Shown piece by piece: positions 38,196 to 52,113 of a DNA stretch of 64,000 bases (positions are counted from its first letter, which is position 1; each line of letters begins with the position of its first letter). Origin of the DNA: Octopus sinensis (lineage: Eukaryota); NCBI RefSeq assembly GCF_006345805.1, contig NC_043012.1, positions 31,434,001 to 31,498,000 of the forward strand. The letters run 5' to 3'. A program made the translations under genes and the position numbers. The notes under the pieces were generated by a model. The model made no database searches and was not told the DNA's origin. It saw only the letters and a list, made by a program, of their open reading frames with translations.

Positions 38196-38575
38196 CACTT
38201 GCGTCAGAAATTAATTAGCACTTCTCAAATTTCTACATTAAATAGGTTAAATCAATTAACCTATGAGCTGTTCAAAACGTCTTACGCGATGAGAAAACTT
38301 AGTATGGTGTGATTTCGGTCCTTGCGAGGCGCTACCTATATCTATTAAACAAAGGAAGATTTGTCTGCATCCGCACTCCAAGTTGTTGTTGCACTGCTAT
38401 GTCAACATCATAAGGCTGTAGACTCTCAAACTGCTCTGCAAACAAAGTTACGTCATCGTTCTGCGCAACAGTGAACTCGCAACAAAGCAATAGTTCGAGA
38501 TATGGCCACTAGGTGACAGCACATACCTTGAGTGAAGAGCAAATCAAGGGTGCTAATTAATTTCTGACGGTAGTG
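38196..38575. mobile_element. Tc1/mariner-type MITE
   Basis: TIRs CACTTGCGTCAGAAATTAATTAGCAC / GTGCTAATTAATTTCTGACGGTAGTG with TA on both sides. Confidence 0.9.
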
Positions 38576-38919
38576 TATACGCATATTGAAGATGAGACGA
38601 CTTCTTGAACTGCTACTCAGGGTTTCTTGAAACTGATCATCACACAGTCGCAAATATATTTATATATCTATGTGTGTGTCAGTGTGTATGCTTGTGTACA
38701 CATATACATGTATACATATGTGTACATTTAACCATCTCTTTCTCTCTCTCTTTCTCTCTCTGTTATATGTATGTCTGTCTGTCTGTATGTATGTATATGA
38801 GACGGTGCAAAACGTTTAAGACCGTCAGTCAATTGTGATTTTATTCAAGACATTTCCCTCTCAGGTTCACACACTTATTGTGGCGGTCCTTCAGTTTTTC
38901 TAAAACACCAATACCTTTG

Positions 38920-39690
38920 AAACAATAACACAAATATAATTAAAAATGTAAAAGTATCGCATTTTCATTAAAAAACCCAAAAAACTGGTCAATTGTAGGT
39001 TAATTGTGTACGTTTAGAAAATGCTAATATTGCACGATTAAAATTGAAGTATTTTGACTACATTCACCTTGAAATAATGCTCAAACAATCTTGATTGAAT
39101 ACATTAATGGTTTTCTTTCACTAAAAAACTCACTTTTTTTGGTTTAAAGCTGTAAGGCAACAAAAATGATTTATTAGCAAGAAAATAGTATTTTCTATTT
39201 TGAATAAAAAGCAATCAGTGTTTTCTTTTCATTAAAAAATAATTAAGCATGCCTTTATTTCAATAAAATGTTTGGTTTTGCTAAACGAATTTAAGGAAAA
39301 AAAATTCTTAGGAAACCAAATAGTCTTTCCTTCCTTCATGCCAAGTTTGAAGAAAATATCTCTTTTGTATCTTACGATTTTGCTCTCTTAAATATACTGC
39401 ATTTTACGGCATTATTTCAAGCCAGCCAGCTTTTTTTGCGCAGACTGCACGTGCATTTTTCTCGCGTATACGTAGTAGCGATCGCAACAGCTGATGTACT
39501 TGTGCGTACAAATGCACGTTCCCACGGCTCTATTGCTCACATTCTCACCTGGAATCGATTTATTTCAAGACTTATACACGCTCTGATACCGTCGGTATCT
39601 ACATATCAAATTTGAGCGGAATCGGATGGAGAATGCACGAGATCCTAGAAGACACACACACAGAACGGATTTTATATAATAGATATATAG
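38920..39690 (+). mobile_element. HINE-like element, copy 2 (longer)
   Basis: 39170-39690 is collinear with 25874-26375. Confidence 0.5.
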
Positions 39691-39779
39691 TCAATTCAAA
39701 TAAATGAGTAAAATTGGAGGATAACAACAGGACGTGTACAAGAAATGTATTAGCTCGACGCTCGGTGAAAAAGTGAGAG

Positions 39780-39812
39780 TTTGACGTTTCGTGCATAACT
39801 CTTCGTCGGAAA
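39780..39812 (-). ncRNA. Minimal HHR, CCGACGA core, GUC site
   Basis: Minus: TTT CCGACGA A GAGT-TAT-GCAC GAA ACGT C AAA; one stem II mismatch; same downstream GAGCG...TAATACA context as the other minimal copies. Confidence 0.62.
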
Positions 39813-41377
39813 GGAGAAAAGGAAAAGTTCAGAGAATGAAAAGAAATTGCCAACAGTACGTGTGTAAATACACGCGCAATTCATTGTATAAGTCACTAGC
39901 CCGAGGTGTCATACACCAAGTATGAACGAAAAGATCATGGTGGTTGTAAAGCGGGCATCTAAATCACACCACCTCACAGGTCTATATTTCGCGGCAAAAT
40001 GGGTACGATGGAATGTAATTTGCAACAAACAACAGATGCTACTCCAAATGTCCTGTTAGACTCGAAATATTACTTGGACGAACATGAGTCTTTAGATGTG
40101 TATCAACGCCACAGTACAAAGGAGAGTAAAACAAAGCATACCAAGAAATCAATGCATTATAATAATATACACACACGCACGCACGCGCGCGCACACACAC
40201 ACATACACACACGTGTGTGCGTTTATGTATATATGCATATGTGTGTGTGTATGTATATATCTATGTATATTATAGAATAACACACATCATATAGTTTTCA
40301 ACTAGCAATAACCACGCCTCGGATAACCCTCATTGGCTATGGTACCGCCTCATACATCATATACGAAATAAAAAGTGAAAATAAGGAAATAAGAGTACAG
40401 ATTAATAAGTATCGCAAAATTAAAACAGGAAAATAATTGATCTTAACTCACTATATTGGTAGAAATAGCACTAATTTCTATGTAAAGGAATCGAAATCGA
40501 AAGACCGAAGATACAGCTAAGAAGATAAGGAACGTACTTTAAGAGAGTAGAATATTTTTTTGACGAATACAACATTGTCCAGAAAAAAAATTGAAAACCC
40601 ATCAATCTATAAGTATTATATATATAGTTAAACCGTATGTCAGGTATGGACTAAAATAACTTTCTCTTTATAATTTAGGCCATTGGGAGTTAGATAGTTG
40701 AAAGTATAATATTGCAAGCGTTAGATGTGCATTCACTTTATAAAAAAACAGCATTGCTTAGCACACAACAGTATTTTGTATACAGTCTTAATGATAGATT
40801 GAATTTATATGAAACGGTATCATAAAGAAAGAAGAACTTGCACGACGAAAATATGGAAAAATAAGGGGAAAAAATGGTGGTTGTTGTAATTGATATAGTG
40901 GAGATTAATTGCCAAACCCTGTTATTGAATGTGGGTGTTGAGATAAAACAGAATTTATACGAAATGAAACGTCTTACTAACAGGGAAGTTTTTTGTGGTC
41001 TGCATCATTCTAGAAGTAGCATAAACAAAGTTAAGCAGAGGCTTAATAATAATGTACGTTTAATAATTCCCACTTAAGACCAACATCATAACATGCGCCA
41101 TCAATATCATCTTCCACCAGCAACACTTGAAAAATACGTCACAACAAACACGATTAACAGTTGGAGAGTTGCTGGTGCTGTTAACCCAAACGCCGGGTAG
41201 TTTAAAAAAAATAACCCGATCGATGTAAATACACATTTTCATGGAGTTTCCTTCTGAGGATAGGCCTTTGCAATCGAAATATAGAAGTTTTTTGTAAAAC
41301 TTTCTACTTTGTACAAGCTTTCTTTATTCTCCCTTTCTCTCATTTTCAACAAATATATTCTAAGATATAGTTTGCAA

Positions 41378-41485
<108 letters not shown>

Positions 41486-41612
41486 TGAATTGTCAAGAAT
41501 GAAATAGCTTTGACCATAACTCTGCTAAATCTGTACTTTGATTGCATGTAATACTTAAAACACATAAGAGTGGAGACTGATAACTCAGAGGAGGGGTTGC
41601 GTTATAATAGAA

Positions 41613-41651
<39 letters not shown>

Positions 41652-42117
41652 GTATGTAAGTGTGTATGTATGTATGTATGTGTGTAATGTATGTATGTAT
41701 GTGTGTAATGTATGTATGTATGTATGTGTGTGTGTATTTGTGTGTCTGTGTTGTGTTTGTGCCCCAACATCGCTTGATAACCGATGGTGGTGTGTTTACG
41801 TCCCCGTCACTTAGCAGTTCGGCAAAAGAGACCGATAGAATATGTACTAGGCTGCCAAAGAATAAGTCCTGGGGCTGATTTGCTCGACTAAAGGCGGTGC
41901 TCCAGCATGGCCGCAGTCAAATGACAAACAAGTAAAAGAGTAAAACAGTATGATGTTTTATTTTTGGCCCAATGTGACAAATGTTGTCTAGTCTCCGATG
42001 ACTGACCTTGTTCTTGTTCCTATGGATATTTATACTCAATGAAATTCCGGCCAATCTTTATTGGAGAGATGGAGTCGCTTTCTTCACCTCCAATGGTTGA
42101 CTGGGATTTATCTTAAC

Positions 42118-42530
42118 TCTTTCTCTTTACTCTTTTACTCTTTTACTTGTTTCAGTCATTTGACTGCGGCCATGCTGGAGCACCGCCTTTAGTCGAGCAA
42201 CTCGACCCCCGGGACTTATTCTTTTGTAAGCCCAGTACTTATTCTATCAGTCTCTTTTGCCGAACCGCTAAGTACCGGGGACGTAAACACACCAGCATCA
42301 GTTGTCAAGCAATGCTAGGGGGGACAAACACAGACACACAAACATAGACACGCATACATATATATACATATATACGACGGGCTTCTTTCAGTTTCCGTCT
42401 ACCAAATCCACTCACAAGGCTTTGGTCGGCCCGAGGCTATAGTAGAAGACACTTGCCCAAGGTGCCACGCAATGGGACTGAACCCGGAACCATGTGGTTG
42501 GTAAACAAGCTACTTACCACACAGCCACGC
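42118..42530 (-). mobile_element. SINE family A
   Basis: Complete reverse-complement copy, facing the family A tail on + at 41700-41945. Confidence 0.92.
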
Positions 42531-42992
42531 CTTATAACGATCTTATACAAGACAAAAAAATAGCCCACTACAGCCAATTCTGAGTGCAGAAAAAAGTGGC
42601 ATAACTAATACCTCCAATAATTTATCCGGCCATTCGCTATACTATACTCGACGTATCAAACGGTATCATAAAGCAAGAAAAAGAACTAGCCACGACGAAA
42701 ATATGGAAAAATAAGGGGAAAACAATGGTGGTTGTTGTAATTGATACAGTGGAGATTAATTGGCAAACCTTGTTATTAAATGTGGGTGTTGTGATAAAAC
42801 AAGTATGGAACACCGATAATGAAATAATAACATTAGAAATGAATACATTTGCCGGTAGTGATTGTTCTGATGATTGTGGCTGTGATAATCAGGGTCAACA
42901 ACAAACGTAATGGGAGTAGCTGTAGCAACTACAACTTTAACGGCAATATCACAGATGATTGTCAGGAAGTATACGGTATAGTGTTGTAAGAA

Positions 42993-43223
42993 GGCGGCGA
43001 GCTGGCAGAAACGTTAGCACGCCGGGCGAAATGCTTAGCGGTATTTCGTCTGCCGCTACGTTCTGAGTTCAAATTCCGCCGAGGTCGACTTTGCCTTTCA
43101 TCTTTTCGAGATTGATAAATTAAATACCAGTTACGCACTGGGGTCGATATAATCGACTTAATCCGTTTGTCTGTTCTTGTTTGTCCTCTCTGTGTTTAGC
43201 CACTTGTGGGTAGTAAAGAAATA
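42993..43223 (+). mobile_element. SINE family B with 13-bp TSD
   Basis: TSD GGTATAGTGTTGT at 42975-42987 and 43224-43236. Confidence 0.93.
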
Positions 43224-43329
43224 GGTATAGTGTTGTTATTATAATTATCACTTAGTAGTATTATGTAAAGTAGTTCTACACTTCCTTGTCAATTTTTTTG
43301 TTGGTATTTCTTCTTGTAATAATTAAATT

Positions 43330-45100
43330 GAAGTTGCAATATTAGCTTATAATGTATTGTGATTATAGGCTTGACAGTTTAAGTGTGAGAGAGAAGCGGT
43401 GAGGACAGAAAGATTGAAGAAGTTAGCGGAACAGACGCAAAAGAGAACGTGTGTTGGTGAATATATAGGAGAAAGAGAAGGAATTAAATGGGGATGAGAA
43501 AAGAATGAATTGTAAAGATTAAATAATATTTCAGAGAAAGTGGAAGAAATCAAGGAGGTAAGAGAAACATGGAATAGTGTAAGGATGTGAAATTGAAAAA
43601 ATAATGAACGACTATGTTATCGTGACAGAGAGTGAGCAAGCGAGATAGAGAGAATGAGAGAGAATGAAAAAGAGAGAGCAAGATACAGATCGAAAGAGAG
43701 GGGGAGAGGGAGGGAGAGAGAGGGAGAGAGAAAGAGGCGGGAGGTGAGAAATTGCAGTGTAGCCTTACACAAACACGAGATAAAGATTCACAATATATGC
43801 GTTTTCGCGTAACGTCCTTTCAACTTTTGTAGCTTCCAGCTTCATCTCACAGATTAAGCTGTGTAAAATCCTCGAAACTGACAACATAAAAGGAAGAGTT
43901 AATGTCCACGTTGAATAAAATTTAAGAAAGCGGCTTACAGTTTGAAAAATGTGCAGTGTGCATTATGCTGGTAAACAGAGTTAGTAAATCACCCCAATTC
44001 TTTGTTATAGCCTTTTCACTTCAGTAACAGCACAGATACAGAAAAGGTATGAATTTCACAAATTTCCCCAACAACTTGTGACTTTAACATAAAAGCAACT
44101 GAATGTATTTTTCTATCGTTCAAAAGTGGAATAAATTGATTTGGCGATAAGAGAAGGTGTATAACGTTTCAGTCACAACCTTTCACCAATGATTTGGCCT
44201 TAGCAAATAGACATATTGAAAGTAGTGAAAGTAAAAACAAAAATTGTGAAGAGAAACAGCATGAAGGGGTTTACAAAGTGACACACGCTAGAAATTATTC
44301 AAAGAGCGGAGATAGTCAACGGTAAATATGAAGAAAAAAAAGACGAAACTAAGAGGAATGTAGGAAGAAAGGATCATCAGAAAGAATGACAATTGGGAAA
44401 GGATTAATAATAAGTCAGCTGGAAGTTTGAGAAGGAGCGGTGAATGACACTTCTGAAAATTGGAAGAGTGAAGAAGCATGGGTGAGGAGAAGCGAAAGAT
44501 GTATAAATAGGAGTTATCATACTGCGAATATATTAAAGAAGGAGAAATTAACTTGTAGAATTGAGGTTGTTCATAAATGTATGCAGAGAGGATGTTGAAA
44601 GAATAAAGCTTGTATTTATTTTTTAAGATGGGGTTTTGCTGCATGGGATACAGATGAGAGTATGATTTCCATAACACCCCAAGCAGTTTGTTAATTTTAG
44701 TACAAGTACTGCCGGAGACACATACCACAGAACCGGCCAGTCGGAAGACTTGCAAAACCGCAGATGTCACTATATCAATTACAACAACTATCATTGTTTT
44801 CCCCTTATTTTTCCATATTTTCGTCGTGGCAAGTTCTTTTTCTTACAATGGATTGTGGGCAATATCGATAAGGTAGTTCTCAGATAATCGATTATGTAGA
44901 AACACGTACAGGCTAGAAGAGTTTAGATTTCGAGGTGAGAAAGTGTTGAGGGTTGTTTTAAATGTCTCTATGAGCCATCTTGGAATGAGTGTAGAGAACA
45001 AATCTATAGAAAATTGAGGATTGTAAATATTTGGTTTCTGCATTTCTTCCTTTGAGGTTCTTGGTTGATATAAAGCATTTACATATGGTATACATATACA
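43330..45100 (-). mobile_element. Degraded L1/Tx1-like ORF2 C-terminal remnant (tentative)
   Basis: Strand-biased broken frames (KINKLLGVLWKSYSHL..., ILFNLY...HVLF.VC..NFFN) only loosely resembling L1/Tx1. Confidence 0.33.
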
Positions 45101-45817
45101 TACACGCATACCCACAAGTGCGCTTTTACACACACATATATGCTAACATCAACCAATCCAAGTAAAGACAAACCCTAAAAGCTGCTTTGACTTAAATAAG
45201 GTCTTTGTCCCTTTGTGATCGGTTTGGGATGTGCAAAGGTAAAAAGAAATAAATACTTCCCGATAAAAAAAAACATATATCTACACGCACACACACTTTT
45301 TGAGTTTTGCGGTTAAAAGGTTTTCTTTTGTACTACAGGGAAAGAAGTCATTTTTAACTGGGCTTTGATCCAGTTTTCTCTGATTTCAGTCTTCTAAGTA
45401 TTGTAATTTTCCCCCTATTTAGAATTATGTTCGGAGTAACGAAATAGGGATGTCGCTTATGACACTTCCAAAAGAAGGGACGTAACTTTGGTTTGTATTT
45501 TTCGACGTTTGTGATCTAAAGTAATCGATTTTTGTCTCTATAAGAAGGTTTTTTTTATACCCGGTGTGTCACTCCTGTTTTGTTTTTTGGTGGGGTTATT
45601 GTCGCTGATATTGTGATGATGTCGTTGTTCTTGTTAAAATCAGTTCAAATCCAATGCAATAATGTAGTGGCCCTTCTCAGAAGGGTATATGCATATATAT
45701 ATACATTTACTTACGCACACATACGCATATGCATACATACATACATACATGTCTATATACGCATAAATACATATATACCGTACATACAATCACACATAAA
45801 CATATACTTGTATATAT

Positions 45818-45857
<40 letters not shown>

Positions 45858-45864
<7 letters not shown>

Positions 45865-47645
45865 ATTAGAGATAAAACCACTATTAGGCAAATCAAACAG
45901 TGAAAAACATAAGCCAATACATAAAATTAATTTAAAAATATAAAAGTTAAAAATTAAAAAAATATTTAAATAATTTAAACTTATAAATTTTAAATATATA
46001 TATACAAAAAAAAATATATATATATGTATGTATATTTTTATATTTATATATTATTTTATTAATTAATTAAATAATTAATTTTTTATATAGATATCAAAAG
46101 TATTAAAAGTTTAATAAAAGATAAAGAGTAAAACACTACGATCGTTTCATGGCTGTACCATTTCGAATAACAATAATTTAAATTCAATTAATAATTCGAG
46201 TTATGGTTACAGTCAATCTTCAGGTTAATTGAAATATTTTAAAAATAATCAGAAATATTTAAACAATATTTTTAAGATATAAATAATATAATAATTTTAC
46301 TTATAATAAACTAGAAATTTAAAAACTTAATCATGATTATATCAAAATCGATTATAATGTTAAATATTAATTTTAATTGATAAGGTAAGAAACCCACCAA
46401 TAATCTAATATCGGTAATAGTCTATATCGAATTACATAAATATAAAAAAAAATTACTATTATATATAAATTATCAATGAAAATATATAAATGTATATAAA
46501 TAATATCATTAAGATCTAAAATAATCTCTATAAATAAATATATATGCACATATAATAAAGACCTAATAAATTAATTTTTCATATTTAAAGATGAAATAGC
46601 TAATTTCAAAAATACAAACAAACTTAAACGAACTTTCGGAAATCTTATTTAAAATACTTATAGAAATAATCAATTCGTAGTTATATAGTATCGAATAAAT
46701 ACTATAAATACTATAAATATATTTATCAATGGGAATAACTAGCTAATATCAATTTAAAAAGACAATAACTAAGTTATGCTATTAAGTTAGACATGGCCTG
46801 AACCAATCTTTGGTCGAAACATATCTAAGTTTATCAAAGTTTATCTAATTTTAATTATAAGAAATTTAAAACTACAATTAATATTATTAATACATGTATA
46901 TACAGAAACCTAACTTTAGACAACTCGTATACTTGCTATCAAACAACAAATCTATCGCTAAGTAATATCTTAAGAATAAACTTAAATTTAATATCTAATA
47001 ATATAGAAAATTACGATAATTAGATCATTACATAAACAACGATATTTACATAAGAAAAATATTATTACACCAAAAACTTATAAAATACTAAATTTACAAT
47101 TTAAAGATCTTAAATATAAATAAATACTTATCTTAGCGAGGTTTTGTAATGAACTAAAATTTTGAATAGGAAAACTTCTTTACAGCGTTTATAAGAATAC
47201 TCGTGGAATTATGTTATTAGCAAAAAAAGAATAAATTGTTGAAGAATTCATTAAGCCTGAGGAACAAATACGCTTTATCAATGCAGATTGTCAATGGGAA
47301 CATTAATGGTTTATCAATAAGTGTAAATAGAATGAAGTCACAAATAAAGAATAAAATTACTCTATACTATATGATTTATTAATAAAATAACTATGATAAA
47401 TAATATTTAATACAGAATAAATTAAATAAATTAAATGATTAAAAACCACTAAATATTAAATATACTCTAAAAATCTTATATGATTAATAAATATTGTAAC
47501 CCCTCATCGTACTATAAAGTCTTTCCCAATGCTCTTATAATTATAAGCTAAAATTAGTGATCATAACTAAAATCTCTAAAATACTTATCAAAATTTGCGG
47601 TATAACTATACAAACGTATACATATATATATAAATATACATACAT

Positions 47646-47688
<43 letters not shown>

Positions 47689-48250
47689 CATATACATACA
47701 TATACATACACATACGTATACATATATACACACATATATACACACACATACACACATACACATATGCACACACATACATACATGTACATACATACAATAC
47801 TCAATATATACACATACATATATACACCCCCACACACACACATAAATAAATGTATATACATATACATATATATACAGGCACATCAACCCATACACATATA
47901 TACATACACACACAAATACATATATCATATAAATAAATGCGTATATAAATGTCTATATTCATACTTCAATACAAAAATAGAGGTAAACATTAAGTTTAAT
48001 CTAAATATTTAATCTTACTAATCTATACTTCTATATTAAATAAAATAGATTAAATAAACAACTAAATAAATCTATTTCAACTATAAAGAGATTACATACA
48101 AATAGATTAATTTAACAAAATTATAATCTAACAAAATTATAACAGAAATATAACAAAATATATAAAGTTAACTTTATTATAAGATAAATAAAATTGTAAC
48201 TTACCAAACTCTATATTCAATAAACCATTAAATACTCCCACATACATACA
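45858..48250. mobile_element. Extremely AT-rich repeat, probably PLE-derived
   Basis: Very high AT content, begins at (TA)n, carries an HHR fold near its left end; partial resemblance to 7200-7700. Confidence 0.45.
46130..46230 (-). ncRNA. Type I HHR fold with long stem II
   Basis: Minus: CTGAAGA, stem II TGACTGTAACCAT/ATGGTACAGCCA plus inner TCGAA/TTCGA, GAA, palindrome ACGATCGT, site GUA at 46137; stem I weak. Confidence 0.6.
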
Positions 48251-48950
48251 CATCCATTTATATGTTATATTTATATACATATGCACCAACATTATATATA
48301 TATATATACATATATATTATACATATATATATATACATATATATATATACATATATATATACATATATATACATATATATACATATATATATATATACAT
48401 AAATACATATATATATACATATATATATACATACATATATATATGCATATATATATATATATATACATATATATATACATATATATATACATATATATAT
48501 ACATATATATATATACATATATATATATACATACATATATATATGCATATATATATACATATATATATACATATATATACACATATATATATATACATAT
48601 ATACATATAAATATACATATATATACATATATATATATACTTATATATATACATATATATATACATATATATATACATATAAATATACATATATATATAC
48701 TTATATATACATATATATATACACATATAAATATACATATATATATACATATATATATAACACATATAAATATACATATTATATATACATATATATACAT
48801 ATATATATATACACATAATATACATATATATACATTATATATATATATACATATATATACATATATATATAATATACATATATATACATATATATATATA
48901 TACATATATTATATACATATATAATATATACATATATATACAATATATAT

Positions 48951-48994
<44 letters not shown>

Positions 48995-49586
48995 ATATAT
49001 ATATAATATATATATATAACTTAGAATAACTTAGAAAGGTTTTTGGCCAGTATGGCCCAGGCCATGTCTAACTTAATAGCACCACCTGGCGAAGTCTTTC
49101 AGTTCAGGATTTGGGCACCAAGGCCCATTCGAGCAGAGAGTTATTGTTTGCGGAGACATATCCGGTGTGGGTGGTTTGTCCGGTACTGTTTGAAGGAATT
49201 TGTCCAAAGACTTCTTGAATTTTGTGTGGTCAGTTTTTTTTTGGCGTGTCCTGGTGTAATGTTGAAGAGAGCGGGTCCAATTGAGGTGAAATAGTTGTGC
49301 CGTATTGTCGTTATGTGATGCGATTTAGATTTTTGTTGTGAACGGATGGCACGTGGTCCAAGCCTTGGATGCATTTTGAAGGTGATGGCAACACATCATT
49401 CGGACAGTGCTGATGGAATATTTTCCACATCATGCAGATAATGTAGCGTTCACGGCTATATATATATATATATATAATATTATATATATATATAATATAT
49501 ATATATATATACTATATATATATATATATATATATACTATATATATATTATATATAATATATATATATAACATATATATATATAAT

Positions 49587-49629
<43 letters not shown>

Positions 49630-49775
49630 CACATATATATATATATACCTATATATATATATAATATATATATATCACATATATATATATAAATATACAT
49701 ACATATATATATATATATACATATATATACATATTATATACATATATATACAGATATATATATACATATATATAC

Positions 49776-49806
<31 letters not shown>

Positions 49807-50611
49807 CATTACATATATATATATACCATATATACCTATATATATATATATATCATATATATACATATATACATATATACGGGCTAAAACATTTTTAAGG
49901 ATTTAAGGATTTATATATATGTATATATATATATGTATATATGTATATAATATATATGTATATGTGTGTATGTATGTATATGTATTTGTGTATATGTATA
50001 TATGTATATGTATGCATATGTATGTGTATATATAGTATATATATATATATGTATATATGTATATATGTGTGTGTATATATGTATATATATATATGTATAT
50101 GTGTGTATGTATGTATATATATATGTATATATATGTATATATATGTGTGTGTATATATATGTGTATGTATATGTGTATATATGTATATGTATATGTATAT
50201 ATATGTATATGTATGTATGTGTATATATATGTATGTGTGTATATATGTATATGTGTATATATATATATGTATATATATATATGTATATATATATATGTAT
50301 ATATGTATATATGTATATGTGTATGTGTGTGTATATGTATATGTATATATATGTATATGTATATATATGTATGTGTATATATATGTATATGTATGTATAT
50401 GTATGTGTATGTATATGTATATGTATGTATATATATGTATATATATGTATATGTATATGTATATATATGTATATGTATGTATATATGTATATATGTGTAT
50501 ATGTATATATATGTATATATATGTATGTATATATGTATATGTATATATATGTATATATATGTATGTATATATGTATATGTATATATGTATATGTGTATGT
50601 ATATATATATC

Positions 50612-50645
<34 letters not shown>
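48250..50645. repeat. Complex (TA)n/(ATATAC)n/(ATATGT)n microsatellite field with embedded LINE ends
   Basis: Direct reading. Confidence 0.95.
49020..49430 (-). mobile_element. CR1-clade LINE 3' fragment
   Basis: HPRLGPRAIR...TIRHNYFTSIGPALFNI; 3' tail GGTGGTGCTATTAAGTTAGACATGGCC...GGCCATACTGGCCAAAAAC plus (TCTAAGTTA)-like repeats. Confidence 0.8.
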
Positions 50646-50646
<1 letters not shown>

Positions 50647-50737
50647 GGGTGGTGGTGGGGGACTTTTTTGGGGGTAGGCATGGCGCAAAACTGTCATTAT
50701 TAGGGGAGTGGTCAAAGGAGTTATATATATATAACTC

Positions 50738-50978
50738 GTTTGGGGTGGGAGGAGGAGAAGTTGAGATAGAGGTGGGAGTCCGTAGGTTTAAAGAAGGCGG
50801 TGGTGGTGAGAGAGTTGGAGGGGTGGTCGATTCGGAGCGAGATGTCAAGGAAGTTGACAGAGGTGTTGGAGATGGTGGAGGTGAATTGAAGAGAGGGGTG
50901 AAAGTTGGAAAGGAAAGAGATGAATTGGCCGAGAAGTTCACGGGAAAGGGAGGTGGCACCTATGCAGGTGGCAACTCC
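50738..50978 (-). pseudogene. Penelope-like reverse transcriptase internal fragment
   Basis: [44 protein letters not shown]...[18 protein letters not shown]; flanked by direct repeat TATATATAACTC. Confidence 0.85.
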
Positions 50979-51445
50979 TATATATAACTCCATATATATA
51001 TATGTATATATATATATATGTATGTGTATATATGTATATGTGTATATGTGTATGTCTATGTACATATATGTATATGTGTATATGTATATATGTGTATGTA
51101 TATGTATATGTGTATATGTGCATATATGTATGTGTATGTATGTATATATACATATGTGTATATATATGTATATATATATATGTATATATATATATATGTA
51201 TATATGTATATATATATATATATGTGTATATATATATATATATGTGTGTGTATATATGTATATGTATGTGTATGTGTATATGTATATGTATATATATATG
51301 TATATATATGTGTATATGTATATGTATATATATATGTATATGTATATGTATGTATGTATATGTATATATATATGTATGTATATATATGTATATATATATG
51401 TGTATATATATGTGTATGTATATATGTATATATATATGTATATAT

Positions 51446-52113
51446 AAAAGGATGAAGAAAGCATCCAGAACGAAACGGAGAAGCCTGGAACACAGGGAAA
51501 CGATGACACATGTCCAGCTTCCAACACCACAACTGAAGACCAAAGAGGTGCGATGGCCGCAAGAAAGGAAAGGCACCCTGAAATTGATGGGAAGCAGGAG
51601 GTAAAGGGTGACAGAATCAAGGCTAAAGGAAGCCCTGTCCAGAGAAAGCAGAGGGACCCCAGCAAGAACTGTAAGGGCAGGGAAAGAAACACCTGCAAAT
51701 TCTACCTGAGGGGGGACTGCTGGTACGGCGTCGAAGGTGCAAACTGTCGCTTTGCACATCGGAGGCCCTACCAAAACCGCACGGACGCGAGACAGAGGTC
51801 CCTCCCTCAGGGAGAACAAAAACAAAAAGAAAAAGTTAAAAGAAGGGAAAAAAGCGCACTGACCACTACTGAAAGACGGTATGCAGATGTGGTGCGCGGA
51901 AACCCAACAGGTGGCCAGTTTCACCCAGATGTGAGAAGGGCGGCAGCTGAACAGCAATCTTTTTTGTGCATGGCACAAAAAATTGTTCAGCCGCTGACCT
52001 GGCTACAAGCACAAAGCTGGAACTACCACCACATAAGGCCACCTCCAACAGATGCAGGATGGCCACCACAGACACCAACACCAACACACACACCACAAAA
52101 ATATTTCTACTGA
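51446..52113 (+). CDS. CR1 ORF1 (5'-truncated) with CCCH-type zinc finger
   Basis: Open frame from the (TA)n junction; [22 protein letters not shown] at 51694-51759. Confidence 0.75.

Noticed and set aside
41248-41290. CTGAGGA...GAAATATA, a possible HHR
   Set aside because: Stems I and II cannot both form.
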